64,000 nucleotides of DNA, taken from contig JBHGNT010000013.1 in the NCBI GenBank assembly GCA_043228905.1, positions 17,298,001 to 17,362,000 of the forward strand, given 5' to 3'. Of the stretch, positions 35,184 through 47,100 are shown one piece after another; the stretch's first letter is position 1, and each line of letters begins with the position of its first letter. The notes under the pieces are model-generated. The model saw only the letters and a program-made list of their open reading frames with translations, had not been told where the DNA came from and did not search any database. Origin of the DNA: Azolla caroliniana. Lineage: Eukaryota; Plantae; Polypodiophyta. Position numbers and translations under genes: made by a program.

Positions 35184-38100
35184 CACACACACTCACAACA
35201 CATATCTCTAGTCTATTCCGCTGCACAAGAATCGCCACCGATTCTTTACATGGTATCAGAGCGGTTTGGTAGCTCCATCTAGCCCATCCGCGTGTGTTGA
35301 GCTCTACACCGACGTTCAAGAAGAACCGGCTCATCACTATCGTAGTGCGACTACATAGCTCATATTCAAGAGAGAAGAAGGAAGAAATTTACATCGAACA
35401 CCATGAATACTCAAATGGGGAGCGCTCTCCCTAGCGAGAAGTTGGACCGAAACAACTTCACATCTTGGGAGTACAAGATACACCAATACCTTGTCGGCCA
35501 AGGCTATTGGGGTTACATCAAGGGAGCACAAGAAAGCCGACCCGACCCGGAAGACGCTGACTACTCAACATGGGAGCAAGCGGCGAGTCAAGTAATGTAT
35601 TTCTTGGCGACATGTGTTCACGACCACATGCTCGGTTACATTCGAGAAGTCAAGATGCTGAAGGGAGCGTGGGAAAATCTACGAAAGATTTTCGCCGCCA
35701 ACACGACTGCAAGGAAGCTTCAACTCCGCCAAGAGTTGAACAACATCCAACAACGGGACATGTCCATCACAAGCTACACATTGAGGATCAGGGAGCTTTG
35801 TGACTTGCTCGGCTCAATAAGCGTCAATGTGGATGATGATGAGATGGTGCAAATATGCCTCGACGGCCTTGCACCACGGTTCGGCTCGATGAGAACCGTC
35901 GTCCTAGCAAGGGAGAATCCTCCCTCTTTCTTTGATCTTCAATCTATGTTATTGGTCGAAGAGAATCATGTTCGAACAAGGAGCAACACCTCGGAAGGCC
36001 ACATGCTCTACACACATTCGAATGGAGGAAGAGAACGTGGCCGAGCAAGAGGCCAATTCGGCCAAGGACGAGGCAGCGAACAAGGTTCAACGTACAACAA
36101 CAACTCCCAAATTCGGCAACAAGACGGAAGCCATCGAGGAACCTTCAGAAGAAGGGGGAGCTTCCATTCCGGTTCGAGTCGACAAAACTCGATTGAATGC
36201 GATTATTGCGGAAAAATCAGCCACCATGAAGAAGAGTGCCGAAAGAAGAAGCGCGAGTCGGCTTCCACAAGCCGACAACTCACCAATTACGCCACCAACT
36301 CTAACTATGAAGATCATGGTGGAATGTTTGTAATGAGACATAAAGCAAATCCTATGTCGGCCTCTACTTCGACTAATGCCTCCAATCCGGAAGATGTATG
36401 GTTCGTCAACTTCGGTGTTTCGAACCATATGACGTCCCATCAAGAATGGTTCAAAGACCTTCGAGAGTCGGATCGACCCAGTTATGTCGAGACTGGAGAC
36501 GACACCACTCATCTGATTCGGCATGTTGGCAATGTCCCATTCGGGAAAGAGGGTGAACAAACTTGCATAAAAAATGTCTTACATGTACCCACCATAAAGA
36601 AGAATTTGGTCTCGGTCGGCCAAATTGTGGAGCAAGGGATGCAAGTTCGATTCAACCTAGGAGGTTGCTTCATTGAGAAGGAAGGCCGACTAATTGCTCG
36701 TGGTCGAAGGGAAGGCCGAATGTTTATCCTCGAAGTGAACGAGGTAAAATCGGCCATGTTTGCAAAGGGCCTCAAACACAACACCGACATAGAGCTATGG
36801 CATAAAAGAATCGGCCATATCAATCTCAACAAACTCAAGACGGTGCAATTGAAAGGAGTCGTCATTGGGCTCCCAACCTTCAAAGAGAAAGAGATTGAAG
36901 GAGTATGTGAAGCATGCCAATTCGGCAAGCAACATTGACACCCGTTCCCGAAGGAGAGGAACGTGAGCAAAGGCCTATTGGACATAGTCCACTCGGATGG
37001 TGGGGACCGGCACAGACGGCTACGTTCAGAGGATGTCGGTACTATGTTACCTTCATCGACGACTTCTCTAGATACACATGGATCTTTCCCATGAGGATGA
37101 AGAGCGAAGTGTTTACACACTTCCAAAAATTCAAACGCGAAGTTGAAAAGACAACTGGGTGTCATGTACGATGACTTCGGTCAGACGGAGGAAAGGAATA
37201 CTTCTCTGATGCGTTCACGGCATACCTTCGACAAGAAGGAATTTTGCGAGAATTCACTTGCCGACACACACCACAACAGAATGGTGTACCTGAACGCAAG
37301 AATCGGCACATCCTCGAAGTAGCAAGGGCCATGCTAAATGAGAAGCATATGCCCAAGTCATATTGGGCAGAAGCTACAAATACCGCCGTCTACCTCATGA
37401 ACCGGTGCACAACATCCGGAGTGCATGAGGTTAGCCCGCAGGAGAAATACTATGGGAAGAAGCCGGATCTATCCCCTGTAAGGATATTCAGATCCATTGC
37501 ATACGTGCACATTCCCAAAGCTTGACCCAAAATCAGAGAAGTGCATCCTCGTGGGGTACTCACAGGAGCAAAAAGGGTACAAGTGCTTCAACCCCTCTAC
37601 TCGGAAGACTCGTGTATGTCGGGATGTCCTCTTTGACGAATCAACATCATGGTACAAACCCGAACCATCTACGAACGACCTCGACAACACAGAAGACGGT
37701 GATCAACTAAGGTCAATACTCGAAGAGAGTCCGATCTCAACTAGATTGAGCGAACCACAATAGCCTCCGAGCAACCAAAGCTCATCTCAGCCAAGTCCAA
37801 AGATGGACAAAGGGAAGGCCAAAATGCCGGAATATGAGGACGATCACTTCGATGGCAACGAATCGACTCATTCACTCGATAGTGAGTTCGATGGATTTGA
37901 TGTGCCTCTTATGAGGTCACCCGGAGTTGAGAAAGCACTCACATCGGCAATTGAGAAACTCCATCACTCCACCCGAGAAAAGAATCAAGTTATCCGATTC
38001 GGCTACAACGACTATATGGCATACCACTATGCCTTTATGATGAAGGTGGCAGCAATTCGAGAACTGGAGAGCTTTGCCGAAGCCGCTAAAGATCCTCAAA

Positions 38101-40095
38101 GGGTCGAAGCGATGAACGAGGAGATGCAAGCTCTCAGCAAGAATGAGACATGGGATCTCGTCCCTCACTCACCGCACAAGAAGGCAATCGGCTGCAGATG
38201 GATATACAAAGTGAAGTATAATGTCGACGGTTCCGTCAACCGCTACAAAGCTCGACTTGTAGCAAAGGGCTACGCACAAACACAGGGTGTCGACTATGAA
38301 GAGACCTTTTCCCCGGTGGCAAAGATGACAACCGTGCGAACCGTGATAGTGCTTGTAGCAGCGAAAGGGTGGCACCTCCACCAGATGGATGTCAAGAACG
38401 CTTTTCTTCAAGGAGAATTAGAAGAGGAGGTGTACATGGTACAACCACCCGACTTCGAATCCAACATTCATCCGAAAGCCATCTGCCGACTCAAGAAGCC
38501 TCTCTACGGCCTTAAGCAAGCACCACGTGCTTGGCACTCAAAGATAACACAATATCTTCATCGAATCGACTTCCAAATGTCAAAATCCAACAATTCTCTC
38601 TATGTAAGAAACGATTCCAAAAGTTTGATCATCATCATCCATCCTATACGTGGATGATCTGGTCATTGGAGGTGAGCATCTAATCAACATCAACAAGGTC
38701 AAATCCCTCCTTTCCAACAAATTCGAGATGATGGACATGAAAGAGCTCCACTACTTCCTTGGCATCCAGGTAATTCAGACTCCAGCCGGGATTATGATCT
38801 CCCAACGGCACTACATTCTCAACTTGTTATACAAGTTCGGGATGACTGAGTGCAAGTCTATGGCAACACCTCTCGACCGAAACCTCAAACTAGATGTCAA
38901 TTTTGGCACCACAGAGTGTGAGCCGACTCAGTATCGACAACTAATCGGTAGTCTTATCTACCTCACGATCACTCGACCAAACCTGAGCTATCCGGTCGGC
39001 CTTCTTAGCCAGTTCATGCAAACGCCACGAGATATCCATTTGGATTGTGCTAAGAGAGTGCTACGATACGTGAGTGGAACGATGGACTATGGCATTCTCT
39101 ATAAGTCGACCACGCCAATTCAACTCGAGGGGTACACAGATGCTGACTGGGCAGGCTACAAAGCCGACCGACGATCAACCTTTGGTTTTGTCTTCTCCCT
39201 CGGAAGTGGAGCCATCTCCTGGAGTAGCAAGAAGCAACCAACCGTCTCTCTTTCGAGCATAGAGGCCGAATACAAGGGCGCGGCGGTGGCTGCATGTGAA
39301 GCCGTATGGCTCAAGAGGATATTAAAGGATCTAGGTGTTCCCATCAAAGATCCTATTCTCCTTTACTGCGACAACATGAGCAGTATTTATCTGGCTCGGA
39401 ACCCAGTGTTCCACACACGCATGAAGCATATCGAAGTGCACTATCACTTCATTCGAGGCGTGTTCAGGCTGGCGATGTCGACCTTCAACATGTGTCTACA
39501 AATCTTCAGACAACCGACATCTTCACCAAAGCCCTAGGAGCCGACAAGCTTCGGCAATTCCTGTCAGACCTTGGGTTGACGATCCTTGACTTGCCAAGCT
39601 TGAGGGGGAGTACGAACCGGATGTACTGGATACCGTCCGAACCGGATACGAGCTGACGCAGACATCAACCGAAGTAGCTGACCAAATTTGAGCTTGAGGG
39701 GGCGTGTTGAGAATCAAACTCAACCTAGTCTAGTGTGTGAACACACCCTTGAGAGTGTGCACTCAAAGGTCAAAAGTCACCACTCTTATCCACACATTAA
39801 CTACGTGTCATAGAATCATATTCTATGACACATAACTAATTAGCTTTCACATTCCCCATGACCCATGAGCTTCGGTAGTTAATGAAGAGAGAGAGTGACT
39901 ATATAAAGCACTCTCCTCCTACTTTGTAAGAAGTTCGGTTAATCTCCTTTGTAATATACATTGTCTTGAGTATTCTATTCTTGTTCAAATCTATCTATCT
40001 TGTGTTTCTCTCTCTCTCTCTCTCTCCATACACACACACACACTCACAACACATATCTCTAGTCTATTCCGTTGCACAAGAATCACCACCGATTC
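34852..40095 (+). mobile_element. Ty1/Copia element, degenerate, 3' LTR missing its last ~5 bp
   Basis: LTRs 34852-35250 and 39705-40095, iMet PBS 35251-35262, PPT TTGAGGGGGCG ending at 39704 (second copy near 39600). No TSD on the right. Confidence 0.93.
35403..39610 (+). pseudogene. Copia Gag-Pol with several stops and frameshifts
   Basis: ORFs 35403-36938 (CDYCGKISHHEEEC, LWHKRIGH), 36914-37763 (integrase), 37803-38657 and 38650-39537 (RT QMDVKNAFL, YTDADW, KHIEVHYHFIR). Confidence 0.92.
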
Positions 40096-41993
40096 CATAT
40101 TAAAATTGCCTCCTACTAACCAACAATCTATTAACCCCAATATTCCACAAGAGACAGCCAAAAACTCGTCCTCATTGACACGGAGTTAGGAGCATAGATA
40201 TTCATTAGGCCAACCTTCTGAGACCCTATTTTTATGATAAGAAATTGTGCCCATTTATTCATAACAGTACCTGCTAACAAGATAATAGATTGCAATTGTT
40301 GTCTAAGAGCTATACATAATCTAGCCTGACGACTATTTGGGCCAAAGGCAGGAATCCAAAAATGAGTCCACCGTCCTGGTAAAATGGATGAGACTTTTGA
40401 ATCCTATCCCTGCACAAGTGATGCTCTTGCAAAATGAGGATATCTATGATGCCAATATTAGAAATACCTAAATCGGAACGTACGAGTCCTTTAAATCTAC
40501 AAAAAGCCTGACCACCCAGACCTTGCACATTCCAGGAAAGAAGATGTAGGGCATCCATATTATATAGGGGTTAGTGATGTCCTTTTCTCAAGAAGAGCAT
40601 CCTAGCGTCCTTTCTTGGCTCCCTCTTGAGCTCTCATTTGTCTTCCTACCACAAACTTTGGAAATGATGTATCAAACCGAATAGAATGTTGAACTATCTT
40701 CTGTGACGAAGAGTCTGACTTGAGTTTTTGAGGAGGATGGAATGATAAGGGACCCCCATTATTCAGTTCTTCTAAACTTTCCTCTTCCATTTGGAGAGCA
40801 TTATATGTATTCTGCAAGGGAGGGAAATCTTGCATATTGTTTATTGGCACTTGTGTAAGTTTATTTAGAGATATACGTGGATGTGTCTTCGGTGTCTTCT
40901 TATGCTCCACTGTGGTCCAACCCTCAATTTTATTCTAAGATGGAACTATAGTTGTGCTAGGTGTATGTTTGTTAATGTCTTCCTTAAATTTCGGGCAATA
41001 CTTTGCCAAATGGCCAAACCCAAAACAATGGAAACACTGGTTCAGCAAACCTCTATACAAGATTTTTTGAGAGTAAGGGGCCTATTGAGGATCAAGTAGA
41101 TTGGGCAACAAAATGTTTGAGGGCAGCCTTGTAGACTTAGAAATCAAAAGCTTAGCAGATGCAGCCCCTAAAGACTTATCTTCGATCCGGTGTGGTCTTT
41201 CATAAATTTCTAGAACCGTACCAATAGTGCTAGCAATCACATGCATAGAAGGTAACCATTCTTTTCTTAAATTTGGAAAAACAACCACACATGTTTGATA
41301 TGAATCAAAATCATGATGCACCTGATTTGTGGAAAAGTTGTGACTCCACTTGTGAAAAGAGATCCAACCTCCCTTGACTGCTACTGCTTTCTTCTCCAAC
41401 AAAACTGGTGTCATACGTTCCGACTCGAACTATAACTGGTAGTAATTCCTGCCAAGTATCTGTACATCTATAATGTTGTCAAGGTCTTGTTTCAAAGCGG
41501 CTTGAAGCAACAAACGGAGGTCATCCCATGTCGGACGAAGACCCAAGACCTGCGCAATGACAGTCTTCTTTTCCAAACGTTGAATCTCTTGCACAATCCG
41601 TGTTCGATCTTGTTCCAATAGCTTGAGCTCTATTGCGTTGTTCGAAATGGGTGGAATATCTAGGTTAGCTGCATGGGAGCCCCGGTCAAATTGTTCGCAA
41701 CGGCGTGGCAAGTGCTCTTGATTGGCGGATGTGGCGATGAAGGTTGAAGCAAGAGAGGATTCAACCGGAGATGATGCCTTGATTTCAGCAACCACGGATT
41801 TGTTCTCAGCTACTATGGTAGGCACAGGAACAGAGACTGGAAAGCCGACAGGTATGTGGCCGACAGTCAAGGCATATCCGGCGGTAGATGATCCAGCTGC
41901 GTTGGCGATGTGGGTGGCAGAAGATGTGGTTCTAGGCTGCGCGACTGTGTTCATCGTGTCCAATGAAAGTGACATTTTGCTTAAATGCTTGCC
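40096..41993 (-). mobile_element. L1-like LINE 5' part: ORF1 and start of ORF2 endonuclease
   Basis: ORF1 pieces 41430-41975 and 41082-41414, knuckle CFHCFGFGHLAKYC near 40995-41037. ORF2 from 40558: LLSWNVQGL, ILQEHH, INIYAPN, GNFN. Confidence 0.87.
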
Positions 41994-42411
41994 TTATGAT
42001 ATGTTCCCCCTTTTTTCAGTATTCAGTAAAGCTAGGAAGGTCATTACTAAGGTCTATGAATGTAATGACACCAACAACACAGAAACATTGGACTAACTGG
42101 GGTGTTTCAACGTTGCAATTGAAAACATATTGGAGATGGATATGGTCTTTCAAGGGGCCTTCTAAATTTATTCTTTTTAGATGGCTATTAGTGCATGCTG
42201 CATTACCAGTTGGCCAAACGTTAAAAGGGAATGTCGCACAGAATCTCAGGCAATGTGGATTATGCTATGCAACGCCGGAGACTACTAAGCATGCCCTCTG
42301 GTCTTGTCCCTTGGCTCAACAAGTATGGAATAAAGTTCTTTCTTTATTCCTAACAATCAATGTTGGTTGCTTGTTCTCATGGGTGTCTTGAAGACATCAT
42401 GACATTCATCT

Positions 42412-42478
42412 TGGCGAACCAGGAATCGAACCCATAACCTCTTGGTTTACATATTGTACTTTAACCATTGTAATAACA
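42412..42478 (-). promoter_or_regulatory. tRNA-like A-box/B-box cassette in element B U3 (second copy 47772-47838)
   Basis: Minus strand TATTACAATGGTTA..AGAGGTTATGGGTTCGATTCC TGGTTCGCCA; B box at 42432-42422. Confidence 0.65.
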
Positions 42479-42529
42479 TATGTGAGATGTAATCATAATA
42501 ATTATATGTTTAGTTATTACGAGATATTT

Positions 42530-42632
42530 AGAACATTCTAGATTATTCTAGAATGTTCTTGAATATTTCATGATTATATTTATTATTATTATTATTCATA
42601 AATATCTAAAATATTCTAGAACATTCTAGAAT
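42530..42632. promoter_or_regulatory. Heat-shock-element arrays in element B U3 (second copy 47890-47992)
   Basis: GAAcaTTCtaGATtaTTCtaGAAtgTTCttGAA (42531-42563) and TTCtaGAAcaTTCtaGAA (42614-42631). Confidence 0.75.
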
Positions 42633-42920
42633 ACTCCATAAGGGCCTATAAATAAGAGTCCATACACTCATCACAACACATTCGGTTCAACACCAGTCTT
42701 TAGCCCTTAGCCTACTCCTTGTAATCTTCTTTCTCATAATATAATCTCATTCCCATTTCTTATCTCTCACTTATACTTTTCTCTCTCTCGCACTCTCTCC
42801 CTTTTTCACTCTCTTTTGCTATCACTATCGCTATCTCTACCGCTCTCGCCATCTCTATCGTTATCGTTATCTCTATCGCCATCGCTCTCTCTCTGCTTCC
42901 TACTCAAGAGTCACGACAGT

Positions 42921-42931
42921 TTGAACCGAAT
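42921..42931 (+). other. Self-priming primer-binding site TTGAACCGAAT, complementary to 42680-42690
   Basis: Exact 11-nt reverse complement of ATTCGGTTCAA, which starts 33 nt after the TATA box. Confidence 0.85.
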
Positions 42932-43003
42932 ATTTCTTTTCCCTTTCTCCAATAACCCTAGCAAGCTTTCTTCTTTATCCTTCTTTCTTTTTCCCCCGCG
43001 GTT

Positions 43004-44131
43004 ATGGAGTCGGTCAGCAAGCAAGAGTATATGCGTGTCCTTTCGGAGCTCGATATGCTCACCACTAAGTTTGTGGCATTAGAGCAAGAAAATCAAAGGC
43101 TACTCGGGGATCTTCAACAAGTCAGTACTGAGAAAGCTCATCAATATGAGGAGTTATCACAACGGGTTCATCAACTTGAGGCTACTATATTAACATTACG
43201 AGAACAAGCGGCGGGGGTTCAAAACTCCCCAAGGGAACCAAAGATTAGCCTCCCTGCCAAGTTTGATGGTACCAGATCTCTCTTTCGAGGTTTCCTGAAT
43301 CAAGTTCGTTTGGTGATTCAGTTACATCCCAATCGGTATCCAACTGATGCTGCCCGTGTGGGATTAATAGGAACCTTGCTAAGCGGTACAGCGTTAGCAT
43401 GGTTTGCACCACTTCTTGAGAAGAAATCACCATTACTGGAGGATTTCGAGGCATTCGTTAAGGAGTTTCAAGCTAGTTTTGGAGATACGGATAGCACTAG
43501 GACTGCAATAAACAAGATTCGAAGACTCCGACAAGGAGATCGTCCCGCTTCAGCTTATGCCGCAGATTTCCGTCTCTTGGCATGCGACATCCCTTGGGAT
43601 GAGGCAGCCTTAATGGATCAATTCCGTCAGGGTTTGCGTAACGATGTCAAAGATCTTCTTCTTACTTTCCATGAAGATCCAAAGTCTCTTACTGAAGCTA
43701 TTAGCCGAGCTGTGCGATGTGATAATCGCCTATTTGAGCGACGTTCTGAACGTCAACAAATGTTACGCCGCCAACCGGAACAGACATACGCTTCTATAGT
43801 CGCCACACCGCCACAAGGTTCTAGACCCGTTACGAGGGATGGTCCCACTCCGATGGAAATAGAGTCGACACAACGTCGAGGGCCCTTATCAGATGCTGAG
43901 AAACAACGACGTCGGGCGCATCGCCTATGCCTCTACTGTGGTGGTCCGGGACATATAGCTGTGAATTGTCCACATAAACCCAGGCGTCAAGTTTACCAAG
44001 TAAGTGCACATGACAACCCTACATCAAGTTCTACTATCACTTCTAATAACTTAAGTACTAAGCCTAATAGCCCATGCCATGAGAATAGATTTGATGTCTT
44101 GAGCCAATTAGAGGATGTGTTAAACGAATAA
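43004..44131 (+). CDS. Element B Gag, 375 aa
   Basis: Intact ORF with coiled-coil N-terminus, P.KFDG, LRQG..SAY..F, PTPMEI and CLYCGGPGHIAVNC. Confidence 0.93.
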   Translation: MESVSKQEYMRVLSELDMLTTKFVALEQENQRLLGDLQQVSTEKAHQYEELSQRVHQLEATILTLREQAAGVQNSPREPKISLPAKFDGTRSLFRGFLNQVRLVIQLHPNRYPTDAARVGLIGTLLSGTALAWFAPLLEKKSPLLEDFEAFVKEFQASFGDTDSTRTAINKIRRLRQGDRPASAYAADFRLLACDIPWDEAALMDQFRQGLRNDVKDLLLTFHEDPKSLTEAISRAVRCDNRLFERRSERQQMLRRQPEQTYASIVATPPQGSRPVTRDGPTPMEIESTQRRGPLSDAEKQRRRAHRLCLYCGGPGHIAVNCPHKPRRQVYQVSAHDNPTSSSTITSNNLSTKPNSPCHENRFDVLSQLEDVLNE

Positions 44132-44170
44132 GTCCGGCCAAAATAGGAGCCATTTGGTTGGACCATCCTA
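44119..44170 (+). other. Predicted -1 ribosomal frameshift signal (slippery heptamer plus pseudoknot)
   Basis: G_TTA_AAC at 44119-44125, 6-nt spacer, stem 44132-44142/44153-44163, loop TAGGA pairs with TCCTA 44166-44170. Confidence 0.8.
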
Positions 44171-47100
44171 GTTATGTAGAGTCAGTACCTAGTTGTGGTT
44201 CCATTTCATCAAATCAAGTTAGTAGAGTTTTTTCTGCACAAGTCGAGCTTAGCACATCTACAGGTCATCGCGCCCTAGCCTCTGCCCTCCTAGATTCCGG
44301 AGCCAATTCTTGTTTCATGGATCGCGAGTTTGCATTGACTCAAAACATCATCTTGAAAAAACTCCCAAACCCAGTAGCTGTAGGAGTCATCGATGGTCGC
44401 CCTATAGCATCAGGAGATATAGTCGAAGAGTCTGAACCAATTCGTGTAGTCCTAGGTAATTTGGCTAGTGTCATCTCATTTAACATCATTAGTAGTCCGG
44501 AGCACTCTCTAGTTCTTGGTCTTCCTTGGTTTGAGTTACATAACCCAACCATTGATTGGAGAAAAAGAACTATTGAAGAGGTCACCGTACAATCCAAGTC
44601 TCTTGAAGCTCCAGGATCCCCCACAATTTCAACAATCTCTATACATCAATTACGAGAGGATGGAAGAAAGGAAGACATGATGGTATTTGCGGTTTTAGCA
44701 ACTCCCTCATCTAGCTCACAAGAATTGGGGGTCCAACTACCAAAAAAGTACATAGAATTCTCCGATGTGTTCGATAAGGTGAAGGCTAATAGACTACCAG
44801 AGCATCGACCATATGATTGCCCAATTGATTTGCAGCCAGGAAAAGAGCCTCCATGGGGACCAATTTATAATCTTTCGCCCACGGAGTTAGAGGTTCTTCG
44901 AGAATATATCAATGAGAACTTGGCAAATGGTTTTATCCAACATTCAAAATCTCCTGCTGGTGCACCCATCTTTTTCGTTAAGAAGAAAGATGGTACGCTT
45001 CGTATGGTCGTGGATTATCGAGGCTTGAATAAAGTGACCGTTAGAAACCGATATGCTCTCCCATTGATCTCAAGCCTTCTAGAACGCCTCAGTGAAGCAA
45101 AGTATTTCACGAAGTTAGATCTTCGAGGTGCCTACAACCTTGTTCGAATTCGTCCTGGGGATGAATGGAAGACGGCGTTCCGCACTTGCTATGGTCATTT
45201 TGAGTACACAGTGATGCCTTTTGGCCTCACGAATGCACCAGCAGTCTTCCAACATATGGCGAATGATATTTTTCGAGACTTCCTCGATATCTTCATCATT
45301 GTTTACCTGGATGATATCTTGATCTACTCAAAAACTCAAGAAGAACATGATATACATGTTCGCCAAGTTTTGCAACGGCTACGAGAGTATGGTCTCTATG
45401 CAAAATTGGAGAAGTGTAGTTTCGACCAATGTCAAGTGGAGTTTTTGGGGTACATAGTCTCTTCAAATGGCATCTCTATGGATCCATCAAAGGTTCAAAC
45501 AATTTTGGATTGGCAAACACCACAGTCCGTGCGAGATGTGCAATGTTTTTTGGGGTTCGCAAACTTTTATCGCAAGTTCATCAAAGATTATTCAAAAATT
45601 GTGTTGCCCCTCACTCAACTGACGCACAAGAATCGACCATTTGTATGGAGTATAGATGCGAACTCTGCATTTGAGGGTTTAAAGCAAGCATTTACATCCG
45701 CACCAATCTTAATCCATGTCGATCCAATGAGGCGCTTTATACTTGAAGCTGATGCATCGGATTTCGCACTCGGAAGTGTACTATCCCAAATTGGTGACGA
45801 TGGTGAACTGCACCCGGTGGCTTTTCACTCACGAAAATTTGAAGCCGCAGAAATCAACTATGAGATTCACGACAAAGAGCTTCTTGCCATTGTGGATTCT
45901 TTTCAACAATGGCGTCATTTTCTGGAGGGTTCTTCTCAGCAGATTATTGTCTACAATGATCATAAAAATCTAACATACTTTCAAAGTGCTCGAGTCTTGA
46001 ATCGACGACAAGCTCGTTGGGCGCAGTTCTTAACTCGTTTCGATTTTGTAATTCTATATCGCCCTGGGATGCAACAAGGAAAAGCAGATGCTTTATCTAG
46101 ACGTTCGTATATGGAACTTCAACCTGGAGAGGCCGCATTTGAAAGCCAAAAGCAAATCCTCTTAGGTCCTGATCGTCTACGAATAATGGCAATGCATACC
46201 ATCAACACACCGGGAGATTCAAGGCTTCTTGATTCCATTCGTGAGCAGATTGCGACTGATGCGTTCGCCCAAGAGGTTTTGAGCCATATTATCCCAAATC
46301 GTGCATCTAGCTCCCAAACTCAAAATCCTCGTCTAGACTACACCCAGTTTAGTTGGCATGATGGGTTACTTTTTCGACAAACTCTCTTGTATGTGCCTGA
46401 CGGTCCTTCTCGACTCAAAGTCATGCAACAATGTCATGACACACCAATGGCGGGACACTTCGGCATCCACAAGACTTTTGAGTTGATTTCTCGCCGATAT
46501 TGGTGGCCACGGCTTCGCCATTTTGTTACGGATTATGTTCGTAGCTGTGATACATGTTGCCGATCAAAAAAGCCTTGACATCATCCATATGGCTTATTAC
46601 AGCCAATGCCTATTCCGGAGAGCCCATGGAAATCTATTTCCTTGGACTTTATTACGGATCTTCCACCTTCCAAGGGATTTGATTCGATTCTCACGGTTGT
46701 CGATCGTTTTACGAAGATGGCACATTTCCTTCCATGCACAAAGACCATTACTAGTCAAGAGACAGCTGATTTACTCATGCGGGAGGTGTTTCGCCATCAT
46801 GGTCTTCCGGATGATATTATCAGTGATCGGGGTCCCCAATTCATCTCGAAATTTTGGCGGCACATGTTCAAACTCTTACATACTTCTTGTAAACTCTCTT
46901 CCGGCTACCATCCAGAGACTAATGGGTAGAGTGAGCGCACCAACCAAACAGTCGAGCAATATCTACGTTGTTTTGTCAACTATCAACAAGATGATTGGGT
47001 GGATTTACTACCTTTGGCAGAATTTGCTTATAACAACTCCGAGCATTCTTCTACTGGATATTCCCCATTTTTTGCAAACATTGGGTACCATCCTCGTTGG

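Larger units (their letters stand above)
42384..42918 (+). repeat. 5' LTR of element B
   Basis: Direct repeat of 47744-48278; TATAAATA at 42647-42654. Confidence 0.97.

Noticed and set aside
46576-46929. Stops in element B integrase as regulated or RNA-edited codons
   Set aside because: Both fit C-to-T decay (CGA to TGA, CAG to TAG); U-to-C editing is an organellar process.
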